Below are positions 16,077-21,194 of a DNA stretch of 21,194 nt, one piece after another. Origin of the DNA: Thermoproteota archaeon (GTDB taxonomy: Archaea > Korarchaeota > Korarchaeia > Korarchaeales > Korarchaeaceae). Numbering within the stretch: position 1 is the stretch's first letter; each line of letters starts with the position of its first letter. The DNA is taken from positions 1 to 21,194 of the forward strand of contig JAOZFH010000017.1 in NCBI GenBank assembly GCA_027491415.1, given 5' to 3'. Under the pieces are notes generated by a model, which saw only the letters and a program-made list of their open reading frames with translations, was not told the DNA's origin and made no database searches. The position numbers and the translations under genes are program-made.

Positions 16077-17465
16077 ATGATCCCTCCCGAGGTGGAGCTC
16101 GCCAGGGGCGGCCTCGCGAGGGGAGGGGACCCGCTCGGTCTGGGACCTCGGGTGAGGTCCGCCTGGGCGGAGGGCCTCGACCTGCCCTCGCGGGGGGAGC
16201 TTCTCTTCTACGCCGGGGACTTCTACCCGGTGATGGGATACGCGGAACTCCTACTCAGGCTCACCAGGTCTCCCCTCAGCACCAGGAGGCTGGCCTCACT
16301 GGGCGGCGCACTCATGAAGCTGGGCCTCCTCCCCGCGGCCCTCAGGATCGCGGGCCGGGGGGCCAACTCCAGGTATCAGGCCAGCCTCCGGAAGGCGGTC
16401 AACACCCTGATCAGGCTGGGCGTGAGGCCGGCCATCCTGAGGGAGGAGGAACCCTCCTTCGGCGCAGTGCTGCACACCTACGGGCTCCTCGACGAGTTCT
16501 CGGAGCACGCCAGGGGGGTGTGGGAGAGGCTCAGGGAGGCCGGGGTCAGGACGATCGTGACCCCCGACCCTGTGGCCGCCCTCTTCTTCCGCAAGCACTA
16601 CCCCGAGTTCGTGGACGGCTGGGACGTAGACGCAGTCACGTGGGTCGAGCTGGTCGCGGAGAGGGTCGCCTCGGAGGGGGTGCGGCTGGGGCCCGTCTCA
16701 AGGTGGGCGATGCGGGTCACCTACCACGACCCGTGCGTTCAGAGCAGGATGATGGGCGTGGTGGAGCAGCCGAGGTTCCTGATATCGGAGATCCCGGGGG
16801 TGGATCTCGTCGAGCCCACCAGGAGGGGAGTCAACACCGGCTGCTCCGGGGACGGGGGCCTGGAGCTGGTTCAGCCGGAGGTCGCCCGCAGGCTGGCCCT
16901 GGCCAGGGGGGAGGAGCTCAAGAACACGGGCGCCAAGCTGGCCCTGACCTCCTGTCCGGCCTGCCTCCTCACCCTGCGGTCTTCCGGGGTGGAGATGTTC
17001 TTCGGGGACCTGATCGACATGGTGCACGACGCCCTGCTGTCGGCAAAGAGGGGAGAGCCGAGGGAGGTCGCGTGGGCCGGCGCGAGGAGGCCGCTGAGGC
17101 TGACCAAGCCGAGGGGGCTGTCCGTCGAGGGGCTGACAAGCACCCTGGCCGAGCTCGCCTCCAGGTGCGTGAGGTGCGGCTTCTGCAACCCCACCTGCTC
17201 AACCGCCCAGGTCCTGGACGGGCTCGAGAGCCGGAGCGCCAGGGGGAGGGTCACGCTGATCAGGGCCATGGTCGAGGGCAGGGACCTGAGGCCCGGGGAG
17301 GTCTTGGACAGGCTCTACACCTGCGTGCTATGCGGGGCCTGCGAGATGGCCTGTCCCGCCGGACTGCCCGTGCCGGACATGATCATCTACGGGAGGGCCC
17401 TGGCCATCAAGCTGGGGCTCGTCAAGAGGGAGGAGTTGGGGGTTGACGGCGGAGATCGGAGGTGA
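16077..17465 (+). CDS. GlcF/HdrD-like Fe-S protein: two CCG-type domains followed by a C-terminal 2x[4Fe-4S] domain
   Basis: TYHDPC, GCSG, TSCPAC; C-terminal CVRCGFCNPTC and CVLCGACEMACP with RSARGR between them. Start ATG 16077 preferred (TTTTTA at 16047-16052); GTG 16044 possible. Confidence 0.85.
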   Translation: MIPPEVELARGGLARGGDPLGLGPRVRSAWAEGLDLPSRGELLFYAGDFYPVMGYAELLLRLTRSPLSTRRLASLGGALMKLGLLPAALRIAGRGANSRYQASLRKAVNTLIRLGVRPAILREEEPSFGAVLHTYGLLDEFSEHARGVWERLREAGVRTIVTPDPVAALFFRKHYPEFVDGWDVDAVTWVELVAERVASEGVRLGPVSRWAMRVTYHDPCVQSRMMGVVEQPRFLISEIPGVDLVEPTRRGVNTGCSGDGGLELVQPEVARRLALARGEELKNTGAKLALTSCPACLLTLRSSGVEMFFGDLIDMVHDALLSAKRGEPREVAWAGARRPLRLTKPRGLSVEGLTSTLAELASRCVRCGFCNPTCSTAQVLDGLESRSARGRVTLIRAMVEGRDLRPGEVLDRLYTCVLCGACEMACPAGLPVPDMIIYGRALAIKLGLVKREELGVDGGDRR

Positions 17466-17471
17466 GGTGAG

Positions 17472-18878
17472 TTGGTCTTGAGCGAGGACGCGTCTGAGGC
17501 ATTTTCCAAGGCCATCAGGGAGATCTCCCGGAGGATTGGAGGGGAGAAGGTCCTGACGGACCCGGAGGACCTGATCCCCTACTCGATCGACGCCAGCAAG
17601 AGGTTCGAGGGAGTCCCTTGGGCCGTCGTGAGGGTGAACTCCACTGAGGACGTCTCTGCGGTGCTCCAGGTAGCCGACAGGGAGAGGATCCCCGTGATCC
17701 CGAGGGGGTCCGCCAGCTGCCTCACGGGGGCCGTGGTGGCAAAGAGGGGGGGAATAGTGATCGACCTGCTGCCGATGCACCGGGTTGAGGTCTACCCCGA
17801 GGACCTGGTCGTGATGGCAGAGGCGGGGGCCACGGTCCAGAGGGTGGACGAGGAGTGCAGGAGGCACGGCCTGATGTTCCCGCCTGACCCCGCCAGCTCT
17901 AAGGTGGCGACGGTCGGAGGGGCGCTGGCCGAGAACGCCGGCGGCATAAGGGGGGCCAAGTACGGGGTGATGAAGAACTGGCTCCTCGCCCTGGAAGTCG
18001 TCCTGCCGGGAGGTAGGGTGCTCAGGGTCGGCGAGCCCACCCTTAAGTGGAGGTGGGGCCCGGACCTCACCGGCCTCTTCGTGGGGTCGGAGGGCTGGCT
18101 GGGCGTGATAACGAGGGCCTGGTTCAAGGTCATCCCCGTCCCCGAGAGGGTGGTCAGGGTGGTGGGCGTGTTCCCCGACATGGAGTCCGCGGGCAGGGCG
18201 GCGGCGGATATCAGGGCGAGCGGGATCCTCCCGCTGGGGCTCGAGATCATGAACGCGGAGACGCTCAGGGCCGTCTCTAGGGCCACGGGCATCGACCTCC
18301 CACGGGAGGGGGCCATGCTCATAGCGGACGTGGACGGGCCCAGGGAGGCCATCTCCAGGCTGGCCAAGGCAGTGGCAGAGTGCATGAGGCGGGCCGGAGG
18401 GGAGGTCACGCTGAGCGACGATCCGGAGGAGATGGAGCGCCTCTACCTGGCCAGGAAGATGGCCTACGCCTCGCTCACGAGGCTGTACAGGGCCGTCGAG
18501 ATTGAGGACATCACGGTCCCGCTGTCTAGGTTCCCGGAGGCCCTCAGGAGGATCGACGAGCTGGCGAAGAGGTACGGCCTCCCGCTGCCCACCTTTGGAC
18601 ACGCGGGGGACGGGAACGTGCACCCCACCATCTGCTACGACCCGGACGACGAGGATCAGGTCGAGAGGGCCAGGAGGCTGGCGGAGGAGATATGCGACGT
18701 TGCTATCGAGCTCGGGGGCGCCGTGAGCGGAGAGCACGGGATAGGAATCCAGAAGACCGGGGCCCTGAGGAGGGAGCTGAGGGCGAGGGGGGCGGAGTAC
18801 TACCTAGACCTGCTGAGGGAGATCAAGAGGGTCCTAGACCCCAATAACATCATGAATCCGGGGAACTTCGACCTCTGA
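17472..18878 (+). CDS. glcD: FAD-linked 2-hydroxyacid oxidase/dehydrogenase (GlcD / D-lactate dehydrogenase family)
   Basis: PRGSASCLTG, PPDPAS, ATVGGALAENAGG, FVGSEGWLGVIT, GHAGDGNVH, GEHGIG, DPNNIMNPG; RBS GGTGAGGTGA. Substrate (glycolate vs lactate) cannot be read from the sequence. Confidence 0.9.
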   Translation: MVLSEDASEAFSKAIREISRRIGGEKVLTDPEDLIPYSIDASKRFEGVPWAVVRVNSTEDVSAVLQVADRERIPVIPRGSASCLTGAVVAKRGGIVIDLLPMHRVEVYPEDLVVMAEAGATVQRVDEECRRHGLMFPPDPASSKVATVGGALAENAGGIRGAKYGVMKNWLLALEVVLPGGRVLRVGEPTLKWRWGPDLTGLFVGSEGWLGVITRAWFKVIPVPERVVRVVGVFPDMESAGRAAADIRASGILPLGLEIMNAETLRAVSRATGIDLPREGAMLIADVDGPREAISRLAKAVAECMRRAGGEVTLSDDPEEMERLYLARKMAYASLTRLYRAVEIEDITVPLSRFPEALRRIDELAKRYGLPLPTFGHAGDGNVHPTICYDPDDEDQVERARRLAEEICDVAIELGGAVSGEHGIGIQKTGALRRELRARGAEYYLDLLREIKRVLDPNNIMNPGNFDL

Positions 18879-18929
18879 TGGCGATCGGGGGTCGATGCCG
18901 GGGGCCCTAACCCGCGGGGGATTATATAG

Positions 18930-19160
18930 TGGGACGTGGCCGCCATCCCGCACAGGACGATCCCAATCACCTCTGAAGTGGCCGCTGAGGCCATCAGAAT
19001 ATATCGAGAGCACGGGGGGCCGAGGAGGCTCCACTACTTCGACTCCTTCCACGTGGCCCTCGCTAGGCAGAGGGGTCTCCCCATCCTCACGAGCGACAGG
19101 TACATCCTGAGGAACGCCGACAGGTTGGGGGTGAGAGCGGTAGACCTGCGAGAGATTTAG
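18930..19160 (+). pseudogene. vapC: 5'-truncated PIN/VapC gene
   Basis: IPITSEVAAEAIRIYREHGGPRRLHYFDSFHVALA...PILTSD is the C-terminal half of a PIN domain. In-frame TAG at 18927-18929 upstream; no N-terminal D/E-T motif and no antitoxin. Confidence 0.75.
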
Positions 19161-19274
19161 GTCTTGCCTTCCTAGACCTTCTCCCCTTCCCTCGCCTAGA
19201 ACCACCAGAGGTGTAAGGGCCTCGTCGCTTCCCCGAGGGGCCAACCGTTTTATGAAGGAGGCAGGTCGGAGCCC

Positions 19275-19502
19275 GTGTCCCCATATAGCATAGGGGGGCT
19301 GAGTTCTGGGAGAAGAGGAGATTTGCTAGCCCTGGCGCTCGGGCTGGGGTCGACCGAGATCGGGCTCGCCCTCGCCAGACTCCACCCAATCCTCTTCCCG
19401 GCCGCGACGACCGCCGCAATCTACCCGGTGTACCTGGCAGACCTTAGGGGGCGGTCGGAACTGTGTATTCTCTCCACCACCCTGGGAACTGGGGCGCCCT
19501 AG
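19275..19502 (+). pseudogene. Short or truncated membrane-protein gene related to the 19928-20671 family
   Basis: TTAAIYPVYLADLRGRSELCIL resembles VTMSVYPACVARSRFRSVPKLL of the 19928-20671 product; TTTTAT at 19247-19252 upstream of the GTG. Confidence 0.4.
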
Positions 19503-19792
19503 TACACCCAGCGGTAGAAGGGTGGGTAGAGGGGAGATACCGCAAAGCCCATCACCAGCAGGTAGCCGAGGAGGGCGCCCAGGGCTATGGCCGGGCCCGA
19601 CCTGTCGCTGGTCGAGGCGTACACTGAGGCCAGAAGGAGTGAGAGCGGCGTGAGGAGGATCAGCGGGTCGGTGATCGCGACCAAGGCCAGGATGAGCGCC
19701 GGGCCCAACAATCCAGCCAGCGCGACCCGCTCCAGCCCCTCCACCTCATCCCCGAGCTCTAGCCACATGCCCCTGAGGCCTAAGGGCGTCAC
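19499..19792 (-). pseudogene. Truncated paralog of the 19928-20671 membrane protein
   Basis: About 72 of 98 residues identical by manual alignment. Similarity continues ~11 codons past the TAG at 19499-19501 (VY*GAPVPRVVERI vs VHRGVPAPSVENI). Confidence 0.75.
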
Positions 19793-20754
19793 CTCCCCGA
19801 CCTCACCACCAGCTCGGCGGACGCGGTGGAGAGCCTTGCCGCCATGGCCCCAGCAAACTCCTGAAGGTACTCAGCCGCGCAATCACGCGGACACCCGCCG
19901 AGGCTGAAGAGGGACGCCCCCGTAGGCTCACAGCAACCACCACCACCACCACATTGAAGCACCCACTACGGCGTAGAATGAGAGGAAGGACAGAAGGTTC
20001 CCTCCACCCCCCCTCCAGGCCTTCCAGAGGCAGGCTGCCGCGAGGAGGGAGGACAGGGCAGGGTCAAGGTGCGCCAGCGCCGAGTACAGCTGGGGCCACT
20101 CCACGAGCCACAGGGGAAAGCAGCATGTGCAGGACGCTGAGTTCGCCAGCAGAGCCAGGAGGTACATAATGAGGAGCAGCTTGGGCACGCTCCTGAATCT
20201 CGATCTGGCGACGCAGGCGGGGTAGACGGACATGGTGACCCAGATGATCGAGAAGAGAGTCAGAGAAGGTGCGGCTATGAGGAATTCTACAAACATTATG
20301 AGGAGTGTTGTGAGGAAAGGGGAGCAGGCCCTACAGGGCAGCGGGATGTTCTCCACACTGGGCGCCGGGACGCCCCTGTGCACCCAGCGGTAGAAGGGAG
20401 GGTAGAGAGGGGAGAGCGCGAAGGCGGACACAAGGGCGAGACCCAAGAGTGCGCCCAAGGTTATGGCCGGGCCTGACCTGTCGCTGGCCGAGGCGTGCAC
20501 AGAGGCAAGGAACAGGGGTAGGGGGGTGAGTAAGAGGACAAGCGGGTCGGTGACCGCGACTAAGGCCAGGATGAGCGCTGGACCCAGGGCGCCGGCCAGC
20601 AGGACCTGCCCCATCCCCTCCAGCTCACTCCTGAACTCCAGCCACATCTCCCTGAGGCCTAAGGCCACCACCTTCCCCTTGCCCTCACCACTAGCTCCGC
20701 AGATGCAGTGGACAGCCTGCCTGCCCTGGTCCCAGCGGACTCCTGCAGGTACTC
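19505..20754. repeat. Diverged direct repeat, ~370 bp: copy A 19505-19872, copy B 20381-20754
   Basis: Shared blocks cacccagcggtagaaggg, tatggccggg, gacctgtcgctgg, agcgggtcggtga, aaggccaggatgagcgc, ccctgaggcctaagg, actcctg-aggtactc in the same order and spacing. Confidence 0.92.
19928..20671 (-). CDS. Hypothetical multi-pass membrane protein
   Basis: 247 aa, about 7-8 hydrophobic segments, CRAC and CTCC motifs, ends WWWWWLL; start overlaps the end of the upstream gene. Confidence 0.75.
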   Translation of the reverse strand: MVALGLREMWLEFRSELEGMGQVLLAGALGPALILALVAVTDPLVLLLTPLPLFLASVHASASDRSGPAITLGALLGLALVSAFALSPLYPPFYRWVHRGVPAPSVENIPLPCRACSPFLTTLLIMFVEFLIAAPSLTLFSIIWVTMSVYPACVARSRFRSVPKLLLIMYLLALLANSASCTCCFPLWLVEWPQLYSALAHLDPALSSLLAAACLWKAWRGGGGNLLSFLSFYAVVGASMWWWWWLL

Positions 20755-21194
20755 CACTATGACACTAGACCCGTAACTCCCAGGCTCCAGCGCCCTGACC
20801 GGCCTTATGAGGTAGTACAGCCTCAGGACCCAGCCGGGCTCGAGGGCGTGGACCTCCATAACCCCTCCCGGCCCGATGAGCCTCACCCCTGCGCTGAAGT
20901 TCAGGTATATCTTTACGCTACCCCCCTCTGCCTCTACGCGCACGTCCATGGGGTGGACCAGGTAGACGGTTCCGTTGACCTCCAAGAACGCGGACGCGTG
21001 ATCCACGTACCTGACGTATCCCTGGGGCAGGTGGCGAGCGACGTTGACCCACGTGACATTCATGGTCCCGGAGTTCACCAGCGTCACGTTCGCCAGGGCG
21101 GGCATCCTCGGCCTCACCTCTCCAGGCAGGAAGCTCAGGGTGGCGTTGAGGTCTGCGGTCGAGAACTCGTAGGTTATGGTCTCTCCCTCGGTCA
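20659..21194 (-). CDS. Probable surface glycoprotein, C-terminal beta-rich (Ig-like) part; gene starts beyond the window
   Basis: Frame stays open to the window edge (TEGETITYEFSTADLNATL...). Beta-strand pattern (VTLVNSG, LPQG, LEPG..LRLYY) and several N-x-S/T sequons (NAT, NVT, NVT, NGT, NFS). Confidence 0.75.
   Translation of the reverse strand, partial: TEGETITYEFSTADLNATLSFLPGEVRPRMPALANVTLVNSGTMNVTWVNVARHLPQGYVRYVDHASAFLEVNGTVYLVHPMDVRVEAEGGSVKIYLNFSAGVRLIGPGGVMEVHALEPGWVLRLYYLIRPVRALEPGSYGSSVIVEYLQESAGTRAGRLSTASAELVVRARGRWWP

Noticed and set aside
10138-18737. Long antisense ORFs (10138-11367, 17328-18737 and similar)
   Set aside because: Shadow ORFs opposite well-supported genes, expected at this GC content.
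19421-19501. Amber read-through of the truncated paralog
   Set aside because: Similarity fades ~11 codons after the TAG, a second TAG follows at 19421-19423, and no pyl genes are in view; a nonsense mutation is simpler.
1-21194. CRISPR array, rRNA, integrase or transposase
   Set aside because: No regularly spaced repeats, rRNA-like segments or recombinase/transposase motifs seen.

Overview
GC-rich window from what is most likely a thermophilic archaeon (inferred from form III RuBisCO, class V FBP aldolase/phosphatase, TATA-type promoters and GGTGA/GAGG ribosome-binding sites). Housekeeping and metabolic genes: the 3' end of an ATP-type PEP carboxykinase, a pyrrolysine-free MtmB-family methyltransferase behind an unannotated decayed aldehyde:ferredoxin oxidoreductase remnant, a membrane-anchored SagB-like nitroreductase with a tiny His-containing membrane partner, divergent fbp and rbcL genes, a CE4 polysaccharide deacetylase, an MFS-DUF47(PhoU-like) fusion, and a GlcF-like (domain-permuted) plus GlcD-like 2-hydroxyacid dehydrogenase pair. 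Accessory material: an AbrB-VapC toxin-antitoxin pair with a palindromic operator, an RHH/DUF5678-like plus clan AA aspartic protease pair, PIN remnants, a ~250 bp element with long terminal inverted repeats just after rbcL, a maltokinase-like pseudokinase, and a rearranged, partly duplicated membrane-protein locus at the right end. No rRNA, tRNA or CRISPR array was seen. All family assignments are by eye from remembered motifs, not database searches.
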